From contig OY820905.2 in assembly GCA_963555755.3 (NCBI GenBank), positions 128,001 to 192,000 on the forward strand: a DNA stretch of 64,000 nucleotides, in the 5' to 3' direction. The stretch is from Nitrospirales bacterium (lineage in GTDB: Bacteria > Nitrospirota > Nitrospiria > Nitrospirales > UBA8639). A model generated the notes under the pieces. The model was not told where the DNA came from. It was given only the letters and a program-made list of their open reading frames with translations, and did no database searches. Within the stretch, counting starts at the first letter, position 1, and every line of letters starts with the position of its first letter. Below, piece by piece: positions 30,486 through 40,841 of this stretch. The translations under genes were made by a program, and so were the position numbers.

Positions 30486-31202
30486 TTAATGGCGATTTTC
30501 TACCAAACAACGTCTACGCCAAATGACGTATGCCGTAAAGGCCAAGAGTGAAATGAAGAACACGGTGCGAATTCGTCCGAATCCAAAGCATGCGAAGTTG
30601 GCGGTGGCATTAAGGAGGCCAAAAGCGGCATAGGCTAAATAGACAAACAAGGCCCAACGACGGAGGGTGAGAAAGCCATACCCAATGGCGATATGAAGCG
30701 CTGGTGACTGAGCTTTGACCAAGAGGCCTGGGATGCCAGTAGGTTTGCCGCAAAACACGGTCAGGTAGTATTCAGGGTTCGCCAAAATAATGTACAGGTC
30801 CATGAGGGCTGTGAACAGAAATAACCCGCCGAGATACCGAATATCATGGGCGCGATTCCAGGCGATTTTTAGTGTGCCCAATTGTCCGGGAGGAGTTGGG
30901 AGATACGCTTGGTAGGTTTGAAGGCACCACCAAGGCAAAATGATCAACATGGCAAAGAACCATCCCGCTCCTGCTCCCCCGATGGATCCGAGACCCCAGG
31001 TGATGGCTCCGAGCAGTCCTCCCGTTCCTAACACCCAGGTCATGTGAGTGGGATATCCGCGGATTAATTGCCCGAGTCCTGGAAGGACAGCAGAAAGGGT
31101 CGCGCCGAACGGAGAAACGCCGGAGTCATCTGGTGTGGGAAAATTCGATTCAGATCCCATGGGGTAACGATTCAGGTATTGAGGCTGAAGACTAACGCTC
31201 AT
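30486..31202 (-). CDS. Hypothetical membrane protein
   Basis: Several hydrophobic segments; LSAVLPGLGQL motif. Confidence 0.75.
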   Translation of the reverse strand: MSVSLQPQYLNRYPMGSESNFPTPDDSGVSPFGATLSAVLPGLGQLIRGYPTHMTWVLGTGGLLGAITWGLGSIGGAGAGWFFAMLIILPWWCLQTYQAYLPTPPGQLGTLKIAWNRAHDIRYLGGLFLFTALMDLYIILANPEYYLTVFCGKPTGIPGLLVKAQSPALHIAIGYGFLTLRRWALFVYLAYAAFGLLNATANFACFGFGRIRTVFFISLLAFTAYVIWRRRCLVENRH

Positions 31203-31386
31203 CCTGCCCGAAGTGTTGATGATTGGTCCCTAAAAATCTTCGGCCTTCAGTCTATTCGCCTGGGTGGTATCTTTATGGGAAGGGCAAGGATAGAGGCGGA
31301 AGGGGCTTGAGGGCAAGCCGGGCAGAAGGGATCGAGGGCAAATTCGAAGGACGGAAATGTTGGCGAGTCAGAGTGGGGAAAGCATA

Positions 31387-32091
31387 TCAGCCTAAAGTAT
31401 CCGCCATTTCCTTCAAGCTCTTCATGATGCACGTGAAGATGGGAATGTCACGCTTGGTGTATCGGCTCCCCTCAGCTTCACGAAGATGCATCACCAGATC
31501 CAGAAAATCTTCGGGATGGTCCGTTTCAAAGGCCACGACAAATTCTTGGTCATCCAATCCAAAAGAATAGGTGGTGTTAAGCTTCACGGACGGGTATTTG
31601 TGCCCAATTTCAATATGCTCGTCCATCATGCCCTGGCGAGCGGCTTTGGTGAGCAAGTACCACTCTCGAGTCTTTTCGAAGGGGTACACAAAAATATACT
31701 TGCTGCGCCCTGGAGTGATTTTCAATCGGCGACTGTCTTGGTCTACATGAACATGGGTGTCGACATACACTGATCGTTTAGTCATGGAAAGATAGGAGTA
31801 CGGGGTGGTGAGGTATTTTCCCAATCCAGTGGTGAGGATCTTGGTCATTTGCTCTTGGAAGAGTTCCAGTTCATAAGAAATTCGCCAAAGGAGAAAATCG
31901 CAATCACCGCGAATCCCGACCGTGGTGTAGGGGACGATAATCACTTTTCCCGAAAATTCTTCGATTGCTCGAATGAATTCCTGCTTACCAGCTTCTCGCT
32001 CATCCTGAGGGAGCCGTCGCCAGGCCGGATCGACCTTATGGTAGCTAAAATTGACGAATTGCCTTTTGGCTGGCTCTTTCCCTTCAGCCAT
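31387..32091 (-). CDS. Chlorite dismutase-family protein, probably coproheme decarboxylase (ChdC/HemQ)-like
   Basis: YPFEK..WY, MMDEH...G, YSFGLDDQEFVVAFE; GAGG SD before ATG 32091. Confidence 0.8.
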   Translation of the reverse strand: MAEGKEPAKRQFVNFSYHKVDPAWRRLPQDEREAGKQEFIRAIEEFSGKVIIVPYTTVGIRGDCDFLLWRISYELELFQEQMTKILTTGLGKYLTTPYSYLSMTKRSVYVDTHVHVDQDSRRLKITPGRSKYIFVYPFEKTREWYLLTKAARQGMMDEHIEIGHKYPSVKLNTTYSFGLDDQEFVVAFETDHPEDFLDLVMHLREAEGSRYTKRDIPIFTCIMKSLKEMADTLG

Positions 32092-32191
32092 GAGATCCCC
32101 TCCCTCGCAACATAAGAATAATGCAATAGACCGACCGTCGTATCTATCAATTTCCACCCAACATTGTCAACGAATTGAGGGAATATTCCTG

Positions 32192-35100
32192 TTAGGCCGA
32201 AACGGCGGAGATGGGTTGGGTTTGAATCGGAACGCCGTTTTGGAAGATCACCTGTTGGGAGGGATGGGCCGGGATTCGATCGCCGGGGAGAATGATCCCG
32301 ATAAGATTGAGCGGATCCGAACCAGAGAGCCGAATTTCTTGGGCTCCGGCTTGTGGGTCTTTTCGGACGGCACGGAGGGCTTCTACGGCTTCAGGCAATC
32401 CAAATTGTTCACCTGTGAATCCCGAGACAAAGCGTCCTCCACGAATTTCCCCGCGTAATTCTAGTCGACGATAGATCATCAGTAAATCGCGCCACGCGAT
32501 GCTGAGTGATTCGCGTTTCAGTAAATCTCGAAACACAATGCCGTACCGTTTGAGTAATTGACGTGCCCAGGCTTCGATCGGGTTGGGTGTTGGATGATCA
32601 TGCCCTTCGGTTTCATTCGTGTGGGGTGTGAGTAACGACCATCGACCAATAGTGTGTCGTGGGCGTTGTTTCTGGTGTCGGCCTATTCCTCGGCGGCGTT
32701 TTGGATCGAGCAGTGCACGCAGATTGTCAAACCCATCCGCCGTGACAAGTCCCACACTCGCCAATTCCCATAACCCCTGTTCGACTTCTGCTTGGAGTTG
32801 TCCTGTCCCTCGAGTGATATCGATGAAAAAACTCGCTCCTCGTTGCGAGAGGTACTGATACACGGCTTGCGCGACCGCACTGAGTTTTTCTGGAAGTAGC
32901 GCTTGGGTTGCCTTTGGTCCTTTCCGGGATAGGGTGAGGAGCCATTCTGCGTCGTCTCGCGGGAACACGTTTATTGGGGCGAGGCTAGTTGGGATGATAC
33001 GCTTTCTGTGTTTGGCATTGATAAGGTCGTTGTCAAAGTTTGGTGGGGTGAGGCGCCCCCATGTGATAGTTCCGCGGAGGCAGAGATAATCTAGTGTGTC
33101 CGGAGTGTAGCTGGCTATGCGGCTTCCAATGAGATGGGGTTCCCATGCCGACGCCGCGGCTTCAAAGCCGGAGAGTTGTTCCAGGATTACGCGCAATCCG
33201 TTTTCCCCATGTAGCCTAGCGGTGGGGGTGACATGCTGCCATCGGAATAGGAATCGCATGAAGTCGGAGGCCGAGACTGCCTCAATTTCTTTCCGAAGGG
33301 TCGTGACGGTTCGCCGATGAATGCGCGCTAAGAGTCGGCGATCACACCATTCTACTTCAGGTGTGGCTCCCTGTCCCCTGCCTCTGCCAATGCCTCTAAA
33401 TATCCCTTGCAGCACTTGGCCTTGGGCTTCAAGTTGTTGGAGGGCTGTCTGCATCGTCTGAATAGGTAATCGAAGTTTCGTGGCTAATTCCGTGGCCGTC
33501 GTTGGGCCAATGACCTCCATCCAACTTCGAACAATTGCTGTTTGTGCTTCCTGTTGGTCTCCGGAGTAGGCGGTTGTCGAATCAGCTTCGGTTGGCTGGA
33601 GGTCTTGAGGTAAGGCGAGATCCGGATAGGCGATGGCTAGGGCAGAGAGATGTTCAGACACGGTCCATATTTGGGTTGGCCCCTGTGACTCACGTGGTGA
33701 ATCGCGATGGGAAAACATAAGAGCTCGGCCTGACTCGATCAAGGCCGGAAGAAACTCTTTCCATTCAGTGGCGAAGTCTTCCGGGACCCACATCAAAAGA
33801 TGAAGGGCTTCTTGCAGTTCGTCTGCATCGCGGACTAGGGGCCAGGCTTCTTGGCAGACCGACGCAATGGCTTCTGGACCAAGGGCTCCGATTGTGGCCG
33901 CTTCATCCGGTGACAACATCTGTCGCATGTTGACAGCTCGCGAACGTCGTTCTTCGAGTGGCGCATCATCGAGAAAGGCATAGGGGTTCGCATGTAAAAT
34001 TTCATGGGAGAACGGGGAGGGCGCTGGGGTTTCGATGGCGAGACATTGTATCTCACCGTTTTCAATTCTTTTGAGTATGGTGGTGAGACCATTGATATCC
34101 ATGGCTTCTTCCAAACAGTCTCGAATGGTTTCTTGCACGAGTGGGTGATCAGGTACCTCAATATTGCCCGGAGGCCGATTGTCTTGGCAGGCAGTCGCCA
34201 TCGGAAAAATCGCGGTGAGCAAGTCCTCTGCTCGCATACGTTGCAGGTAAAGGGGGACTCGTTTGCCGTTTCGAAAACGCAAAAGTGCCAGCGCGCGTGA
34301 GGCATTCCATCGCCATCGTGCCAGAAACATGGGGGCCTGTAACACGGCTTGCGTGAGCACGTCCCGCACGGTGTTGGCATGAAGCAGGGACCACACGGTT
34401 TCCAAGGGAAAGCTGTGCTTTTCGCCTAATGACAGCACGAGGCCTTCGTCCGTGGCCGCGGCCTGGAGTTCAAAGTCAAAACTTACGCAGAATCGTTTTC
34501 GTAAGGCCAAGCCCCAGGCACGATTGATTCGTCCGCCGAAGGGGGAGTGTATGACGAGTTGCATCCCTCCAGCTTCATCAAAGAATCGTTCGGTGATTAA
34601 GGTCTGTTGCGTGGGAACTGCGCCCAGTACCTGAAGCCCGGATTGTTGATAGGCGATGAGTTGCTCGGCTGCGCGCTGATCGAGCCCACATTCGGTGTTC
34701 AGCCAGGTGAGCGTGTTGTCGTCCGGGTTGGTTTCCAGAGAATCAGGTGATCCTGAACTATTCTGCGTGAGATGTTGAACAACGGCTTGTCGTAAGTCTG
34801 CGACTTCCTGCGAGAGCTCAAAGGTTCGTGAAGGGGCTTCACCGCGCCAAAAGGGAATGGTGGGGGGCGCTCCGTGAGCATCTTCCACTCGCATTACCCC
34901 GGTTCCCACGCCACGAATACGCCATGAAGTGTTGCCAAGCAGAATGATATCGCCGGCCATACTTTCCACGGCAAAATCTTCATCCACCGACCCCACGGTA
35001 ATTCCTTGTGGCTCTGCTACTACCGCATAGGTTGCGGTATCGGGAATGGCACCGCCGGAGGTAATGGCGGCGAGTCGTGCCCCTCTTCGAGGGCGTAATT

Positions 35101-36604
35101 GTTTGTGGACTCGGTCGTGAAAGAGGAACGCGTGTTGCCTGCCGCGATTCGGGATAAAGCCATGTGCCAGCATGCTGACAATTTCTTGAAAATCATTTTT
35201 GGTGAGGTTGCGATAGGAATATGCGCGAGTGCACAGCTCGTAGAGTGCTTCGTCAGACCATTCTTGCGCCGCCACTTCTGCGACAAGTTGTTGTGCCAAA
35301 ATGTCTTTGGGGTGTTGCGGAATGATAATCTGATCCAGGTTAAAGCGATGAATAGCTCGAATGAGGGCGGCACATTCCACGAGTTCATCACGGGTCGTAC
35401 AAAATAATCGACCTTTGGGTGTGGCGCCCACCCAGTGGCCTGCTCGGCCAATTCGTTGCAGGCCGGTCGCAATGGCTCGGGGCGATCCCACTTGGCACAC
35501 GAGATCGACAAAGCCGATATCGATCCCGAGTTCTAATGACGCCGTCGCAACGACGACACGGGTCTGCCCGTTCTTCAATCGTTCTTCCGCCGACAACCGC
35601 ACTGTACGCGACAGGCTTCCATGATGCGTGGCGACAAGATCTTCGCCTAAACGATCGGTTAAATGATGGGAAATGCGTTCGGCTAATCGTCGCGTATTCA
35701 CAAATACCAATGTGGATCGGTGCTCTTGGACCAGCTCCGTCAGTCGATCATAGATGTCCGCCCAAATGGCGTTGGTGGCGATAGCGCCCAATTCATCTTT
35801 TGGCGTTTCAATGGCCAGGTCCAATTCTCGTCGCTGTCCCATATTGACAATATGGCAGGGGTTGGGGGTCCACGTTGGGTGTTCATCCTTGGAGGTGCTC
35901 CTTGTGCCTCCCGCCAAGAATTGCGCGATGTCTTCTAAGGGTTTTTGAGTAGCCGAAAGCCCAATACGATTGGGCTTCGTTTGCGTGAGGGCATCAAGCC
36001 GTTCCAAAGACAGGGCGAGATGTGAACCCCGCTTGTTTCCAGCGAGGGCATGTATTTCATCGATGATCACCGTGCGGACCGTTTTGAGAATTTCTCGGCT
36101 TTTGCGAGCCGTGAGTAACAGAAAGAGTGATTCGGGCGTGGTGATCAAAATATGGGGAGGGCGTCGGAGAATTGCTTGACGTGTTTTTGTGGAGGTATCA
36201 CCCGTTCTGACTTCCACTCGGATTTCTGGAAGGAGGAACCCCGCCTCTAACGCTCTCGCCGAGATCTCGGTTAACGGCTGCCGGAGATTTTTTTGTACAT
36301 CGTTGCTGAGAGCTTTAAGCGGCGAGACATAGAGGATCTGCGTTTGATCGGTGAGATCTTTACAAACGGCCTGGTGGAATAAAGAATCGATCGAAGCCAG
36401 AAATGCAGCTAAGGTTTTCCCCGAACCGGTAGGGGCTGCAATGAGGGCATGTTCTCCTGAACGAATGATCGGCCAACTAGCGGTCTGCACATCGGTGGGC
36501 CTGCCAATTTGCTCGATGAACCAATTGGCAATAATGGGGTGGAAGTCTACAAGGGGCGGCTCTGGTTCTAATGGAATCTGCTTTGTAGCCATTGCTTCGC
36601 TCAA
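32192..36604 (-). CDS. lhr: Lhr-like large DEAD/DEAH helicase
   Basis: APTGSGKT, DEIH, SAT, HHGSLS, QRIGRAGH; C-terminal RGGRFV.GF.GEQF. Confidence 0.9.
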   Translation of the reverse strand: MSEAMATKQIPLEPEPPLVDFHPIIANWFIEQIGRPTDVQTASWPIIRSGEHALIAAPTGSGKTLAAFLASIDSLFHQAVCKDLTDQTQILYVSPLKALSNDVQKNLRQPLTEISARALEAGFLLPEIRVEVRTGDTSTKTRQAILRRPPHILITTPESLFLLLTARKSREILKTVRTVIIDEIHALAGNKRGSHLALSLERLDALTQTKPNRIGLSATQKPLEDIAQFLAGGTRSTSKDEHPTWTPNPCHIVNMGQRRELDLAIETPKDELGAIATNAIWADIYDRLTELVQEHRSTLVFVNTRRLAERISHHLTDRLGEDLVATHHGSLSRTVRLSAEERLKNGQTRVVVATASLELGIDIGFVDLVCQVGSPRAIATGLQRIGRAGHWVGATPKGRLFCTTRDELVECAALIRAIHRFNLDQIIIPQHPKDILAQQLVAEVAAQEWSDEALYELCTRAYSYRNLTKNDFQEIVSMLAHGFIPNRGRQHAFLFHDRVHKQLRPRRGARLAAITSGGAIPDTATYAVVAEPQGITVGSVDEDFAVESMAGDIILLGNTSWRIRGVGTGVMRVEDAHGAPPTIPFWRGEAPSRTFELSQEVADLRQAVVQHLTQNSSGSPDSLETNPDDNTLTWLNTECGLDQRAAEQLIAYQQSGLQVLGAVPTQQTLITERFFDEAGGMQLVIHSPFGGRINRAWGLALRKRFCVSFDFELQAAATDEGLVLSLGEKHSFPLETVWSLLHANTVRDVLTQAVLQAPMFLARWRWNASRALALLRFRNGKRVPLYLQRMRAEDLLTAIFPMATACQDNRPPGNIEVPDHPLVQETIRDCLEEAMDINGLTTILKRIENGEIQCLAIETPAPSPFSHEILHANPYAFLDDAPLEERRSRAVNMRQMLSPDEAATIGALGPEAIASVCQEAWPLVRDADELQEALHLLMWVPEDFATEWKEFLPALIESGRALMFSHRDSPRESQGPTQIWTVSEHLSALAIAYPDLALPQDLQPTEADSTTAYSGDQQEAQTAIVRSWMEVIGPTTATELATKLRLPIQTMQTALQQLEAQGQVLQGIFRGIGRGRGQGATPEVEWCDRRLLARIHRRTVTTLRKEIEAVSASDFMRFLFRWQHVTPTARLHGENGLRVILEQLSGFEAAASAWEPHLIGSRIASYTPDTLDYLCLRGTITWGRLTPPNFDNDLINAKHRKRIIPTSLAPINVFPRDDAEWLLTLSRKGPKATQALLPEKLSAVAQAVYQYLSQRGASFFIDITRGTGQLQAEVEQGLWELASVGLVTADGFDNLRALLDPKRRRGIGRHQKQRPRHTIGRWSLLTPHTNETEGHDHPTPNPIEAWARQLLKRYGIVFRDLLKRESLSIAWRDLLMIYRRLELRGEIRGGRFVSGFTGEQFGLPEAVEALRAVRKDPQAGAQEIRLSGSDPLNLIGIILPGDRIPAHPSQQVIFQNGVPIQTQPISAVSA

Positions 36605-36622
36605 CTCAAATGGGCTTTGCCC

Positions 36623-37375
36623 TCACTGGTCAAGGTTCTCTGGGAAGACCGTATTCGCCGAGCGAAGCGACTCAATTTTTCGATCGACGACTGTAGCCTC
36701 TTCCTCCCGATTGGCTTGTCGAAGCAAGGAGCCATAACGCGTATACAGTGAGATGAGTCGCGGATGCGCAGGATTCAGTGAATGCTCCGTGATGCGAATG
36801 GCACGGATGTAAAAAGTTTCTGCCTGATCAAATTTTCTTTGAATGTGGGTGACGATTCCTAATGTGACGAGCGGTTGAACTAAATGTGGGTGTTTGTCTC
36901 CTAAGATGCGTTCGCTAATCCCCAAGGCTCTTTGCCAGAGCGGTTCGGCTTTTTTAAACAATTGTTGTGAAAAGTACAATGAGGCGAGGTTATTCAACCC
37001 CATTGCGATATCCGGATGATGAGGACCCTGAATTGTTTCTATGACCGCCAGGGAATTTCTGTACCGTAATTCTGCTTGGTCAAATTCACCAAGGCGCTCA
37101 TGGACGGCGCCGAGGTTATTGAGGGTTGTGGCGGCATGGGGATCCGGTTGCTCGCCTTGTTCGAGGGTTTCCAGTGCGCGCTCGAAGAGGTCTTTGGCCG
37201 TCATGAAATCTTTTTTCTGATAGGCCAGCATCCCCGCCGTATTGAGTGTGTCCCAATTCTCAGTTTCGGCGAGGCCAGTGGCATAACTGCATACCACCAG
37301 AATGAACGAGATGAAACTTAATCGAAGGGGGAGTGAAATCATACTGGTCGGTTTTCTTGTTTGGGAATGACCCAC
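36623..37375 (-). CDS. Exported TPR-repeat protein
   Basis: Signal-like N-terminus; repeated LNNL(A/G) and G..HP units. Confidence 0.85.
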   Translation of the reverse strand: MGHSQTRKPTSMISLPLRLSFISFILVVCSYATGLAETENWDTLNTAGMLAYQKKDFMTAKDLFERALETLEQGEQPDPHAATTLNNLGAVHERLGEFDQAELRYRNSLAVIETIQGPHHPDIAMGLNNLASLYFSQQLFKKAEPLWQRALGISERILGDKHPHLVQPLVTLGIVTHIQRKFDQAETFYIRAIRITEHSLNPAHPRLISLYTRYGSLLRQANREEEATVVDRKIESLRSANTVFPENLDQ

Positions 37376-37800
37376 GAGGAGTCAGAGCTGACTTGGATAA
37401 AACCGGTGATTTCCAAAACATGGGTTCCCTGTTTCCACAACAAAGAAAGTGTAACAGATATCATGAGCAATCCAAAGGATCTGGAGCCAATTTGGCGAAC
37501 GAGTGTGTTAATACAAATCCAGATGGAGATCGAATGGCTAGGCTTCGGGATCCTGCAAAAAAATGTCATGAACACTCGTACAGGTCTTTCCTTTTTTTTT
37601 CTTGTTTCTTCTTGTCCCGGTCTTGTTCTTGGCATTGCTAGCAACTCCGCTCCAGGCCTGAGATGGAAAATGATTAAGGGTTTTTTGAATTTCTCCGACA
37701 AAGGAACAATGAGCCGTGATAGGTCTTGTCTCGGGTGTTGAATCGATAACGAACGAAATGACCATGGATCAATGGCAACGAAACTTACGGTGTTGGTGAA

Positions 37801-37979
37801 GGGTTCGCGCAACAATAACTTCCTATGTTTGGGTGTTGAGGCGCCTATCTGGCAAGGCGCGAGGACTGCGCATACTCCTCGTATGGAAAGGACGAGCAAC
37901 GCCGCCAAACGGGATGGATCGACGCCCAAACATAGCCCAAACATAGCCCAAACATAGGATATTATTGTTGCGCGTACCC
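37801..37979. mobile_element. MITE family A (reverse) with internal 3x GCCCAAACATA expansion
   Basis: Core near-identical to 2383-2539; 11-bp tandem repeat at ~37924-37956. Confidence 0.85.
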
Positions 37980-38015
37980 TACAAGGAGGAAATCACCTCT
38001 ATCCCTTAATACACA

Positions 38016-38106
38016 GGTGACAACGGCAAACTACTTGAGAGGGTAGGGCGCAAAGCCAAGAGACCTGAGTGTGGATGATAGCCATCCAAGGGTTCGTCTG
38101 GTTACC
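38016..38106 (+). ncRNA. c-di-GMP-I (GEMM) riboswitch
   Basis: P1 GGTGAC/GTTACC; GGCAAAC-stem-GAGA-stem-GGCGCAAAGCC. Confidence 0.85.
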
Positions 38107-38139
38107 GAACTGGAACTGTCTCAATTTGGTTTTGCAGTG

Positions 38140-38174
38140 TGCCCATTCTTGTTCGAGAAGTGGGCATTTTTTTT
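38140..38174 (+). terminator. Intrinsic terminator between the riboswitch and the sigma gene
   Basis: tgcccattct...agaagtgggca followed by T8. Confidence 0.85.
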
Positions 38175-38194
38175 ATTAAACAAGGAAATAACGG

Positions 38195-39040
38195 ATGTAT
38201 CGACATCGAGTGGGTGGGCCTAAATTGAAAGGCAAGCGGGTTGGACGGCCAGTTCAACCGGTGTCGACCAATGGGAATCATGACAAGGCCGTACGGAAGA
38301 TTGATCCGGCCTTTGCCGGGAAAGACGCCGATCAGATCGTCCGTGCTTTTCTTCCCATCGTTCGTCGAATAGCTATCGAACTTGTTCTTCGCAACCCGGC
38401 AGCGCTTGACGTTGAAGATTTGACCAGTGCAGGGGTGATGGGGCTGTTGTCGGCGATGACGCGTTACGATCCTTCCCGTGAGATCAAGTTTCGGACTTTT
38501 GCCGAATACCGTATTCGGGGAGCCATGCTCGATGAGATTCGTTCCATGGATTGGGTTCCGCGATCCGTTCGCGCCAGAATTGAAAAATTCCAACAGGTCT
38601 CCGCGGAATTTGTGCGAACGGTTGGACGACCTCCCACTCAAGATGAAATCGCGGAACTGTTAGGTATTCCCCTCGACGATATAGGGGCTTCCCTCATGAA
38701 GGAAGCCACGGTGTTAAGTCTTGACGAATGGGTTGGGGACGAGGATGAAGTCTGCACCCTCAAAGATATATTGCCAGCCATAAACCAATTGGACCCGTTG
38801 GCCGCATGTATTTCTAATCAAGTGGGTGATGTGCTCCAAAGCGCTATGGCACGACTGCCGCAACGCCAACAATCAGTCATTCGTCAGTACTATTTTTCAG
38901 GCATGACCATGAAAGCGATTGGTGAAACGCAAGGGCTGACCGAATCTGGGATTTGCCGGGTCCATGCGGATGCCTTAAACCGGTTACGGGAAGAATTGCT
39001 CACCATTGGAGCTGATATCCAGGATACGGAAAAGTCTTAA
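38195..39040 (+). CDS. FliA/WhiG-family sigma-28 factor
   Basis: EDL...GV.GL, F.TFA.YRIRGAMLDE.RS.DW.PRS; region 4 HTH. Confidence 0.9.
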   Translation: MYRHRVGGPKLKGKRVGRPVQPVSTNGNHDKAVRKIDPAFAGKDADQIVRAFLPIVRRIAIELVLRNPAALDVEDLTSAGVMGLLSAMTRYDPSREIKFRTFAEYRIRGAMLDEIRSMDWVPRSVRARIEKFQQVSAEFVRTVGRPPTQDEIAELLGIPLDDIGASLMKEATVLSLDEWVGDEDEVCTLKDILPAINQLDPLAACISNQVGDVLQSAMARLPQRQQSVIRQYYFSGMTMKAIGETQGLTESGICRVHADALNRLREELLTIGADIQDTEKS

Positions 39041-39254
39041 GGGAATGTTGAAAAAAGCCGCCAGGGGCGTTCTCGCCCTTTTGTCGTGCTCACGTACTAT
39101 GAGTACGCTCCGCGCGTCAAAAGGGCTGCGGCCTTGCTGGATAGACCCTTCGGAAAGACTCAGGGCATGCTTTTTTGAACATTCCCTCCCACTGATGCAA
39201 GCAGGCTTACCTGGAGCATCTATGGGTCATGAACCTGAAATATTCAACAGACCC
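39041..39254. repeat. Family D, long form, directly after the sigma TAA
   Basis: Core 39041-39186 with a small insert; tail ends ttcaacagaccc. Confidence 0.8.
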
Positions 39255-39337
39255 AACTTCCCGTGTCTAAATCCTGGTGGAAGGTGTCAGAGGGCAGTAA
39301 CCCTACGGCCTCTCACATCATGATTAAACGGTGATAT

Positions 39338-39589
39338 ATGGAGTGGGACCAAAAATCCCGGTGTGTGTGTCCGAGTTGCGGTTTCGTTGGTCTGCCTCAA
39401 CGCGGGTTATTCTGGAACGTTGTGTTCAGAATGAAGTCTTTCCGAAAGACTTTATCCGGTCATTCCTTAACAAATCGTCAGTGTCCCGCCTGCAACAAGT
39501 CTCAACTGATTCCGTTAAAACCACCCTTTGGAAAAACGGTCGATTTTCTCTTTGCCGAACCTCCCAGGAGTAGTCGTTCTTCCTCCTGA
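39338..39589 (+). CDS. Small double-CxxC zinc-binding protein
   Basis: CPSCG...CPAC; 83 aa between two D repeats. Confidence 0.5.
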   Translation: MEWDQKSRCVCPSCGFVGLPQRGLFWNVVFRMKSFRKTLSGHSLTNRQCPACNKSQLIPLKPPFGKTVDFLFAEPPRSSRSSS

Positions 39590-39595
39590 CTCCCA

Positions 39596-39793
39596 GGAAT
39601 GTTGAAAAAGGTCGTCAGCGGCGTTCTCGGCTCTTTGTCGTGCTCACGTACTCACCCGTACGCTCCGCGCGCCAAAGCGCCTGCGGCCTTGCTGAGCGCA
39701 CCTTTTTGAACATCCCCTACGGCTCGTGGAGGTTTATGAGATAAATCACATGCGGACGGCATAAGGGAAATTTTTCAATTATTTAACAGGCCC
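39596..39793. repeat. Family D, long form
   Basis: Core 39596-39717; tail ends tttaacaggccc. Confidence 0.8.
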
Positions 39794-39888
39794 TGAATAG
39801 TCCGGACGACCCGGGTTGGGCTGAGAAATTCAGAGGCAGACGTTGATTGTTCTTGATGAGAAAGTGACGGATTGGTTTGGGGAGCCCC

Positions 39889-40488
39889 CTAGGTTTGGTG
39901 ACGGTGAGGAACGTAAAACTCATGTCCTCCGATCGTCGCCACTTTCTGTCCTACTTGGGCCCATCGGGGAGTTCGAGCGATACGAGGATTATAAAACAGC
40001 ACGGCTCCATCAACCACCTTTCGTCCATCCTGTACCAGTCGCCAAGCCAGGAGGCTATCCTTCATTCGCCGTTTGTTGAAATTGGCGAGAACTTGGTGCG
40101 GCTGTTGGCGATTCCAAGGTTGGAATTGTTTACGTTTGAGGACGGTGCCTTTGACTGTTCCATCGCTTTGATATTTCATGGCCATTCGATTTCGAATAAC
40201 TGCTGCTACAGCCATTTTTCCTGCAAAACTTTCCCCTCGGGCTTCCAGATAAATGGTCAGAGCCGCGAGATCTTCCGGTGAGGGATAGGGCTGTCGTACA
40301 TCTTCTTTTCCCACAAGGGTGGCTAGCGCGGGCCGAGGGTTTGCATCAGCCAAGAGCCCCCTGGCTTTGACCCCCGGTGCTACAGTGGAAGGTGTAACGC
40401 TAAGAATTAATACTCCAAGGGTGGCGCTGGCTATGATCGTTTTAGTTTGGCGTATGATTATAGAAGTATTCATTTGAGGTGTTCCCAC
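39889..40488 (-). CDS. SleB/Hydrolase_2 cell-wall hydrolase
   Basis: IY.EARGE...G..AVA.VI.NR, QF, GA..FYNP, IG.H.FY. Confidence 0.9.
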   Translation of the reverse strand: MGTPQMNTSIIIRQTKTIIASATLGVLILSVTPSTVAPGVKARGLLADANPRPALATLVGKEDVRQPYPSPEDLAALTIYLEARGESFAGKMAVAAVIRNRMAMKYQSDGTVKGTVLKRKQFQPWNRQQPHQVLANFNKRRMKDSLLAWRLVQDGRKVVDGAVLFYNPRIARTPRWAQVGQKVATIGGHEFYVPHRHQT

Positions 40489-40586
40489 TATTATATAGAT
40501 GTATTAGTGTCGTTGTCACTCCCCGTTGTAAAAACTTCCAGTAGTACGCCAAGGTATTCCATTCAAGCCTTGATAGCTAGGTATAG

Positions 40587-40603
40587 AGCAATGGTTGTGC
40601 CAA
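40587..40603 (-). promoter_or_regulatory. Sigma-54 (-24/-12) promoter
   Basis: Minus strand TTGGCAC-AACCA-TTGCT, exact consensus spacing, ~100 bp before the SleB-like gene. Confidence 0.75.
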
Positions 40604-40841
40604 CCGTGTTGGTTAAGGCTTTGAGGTGCCCGAACCTTTTGTTTTCACGCAAGATTTCCCAATTTACCATCTTGATGATGGAAGGGACTCGTATCCAAGG
40701 CCAGACTCAAAAATGGAAAATTTTCTGACAGGAAGGGGCAGGATCTGACAGGCAATCCTTTGATTCTTTCAAAAAAATCAAAGACTTTTGATGTAAAACG
40801 GTGGTTGATAAAACTCTCGACACCTCTTAAAGAAGGTTGAA

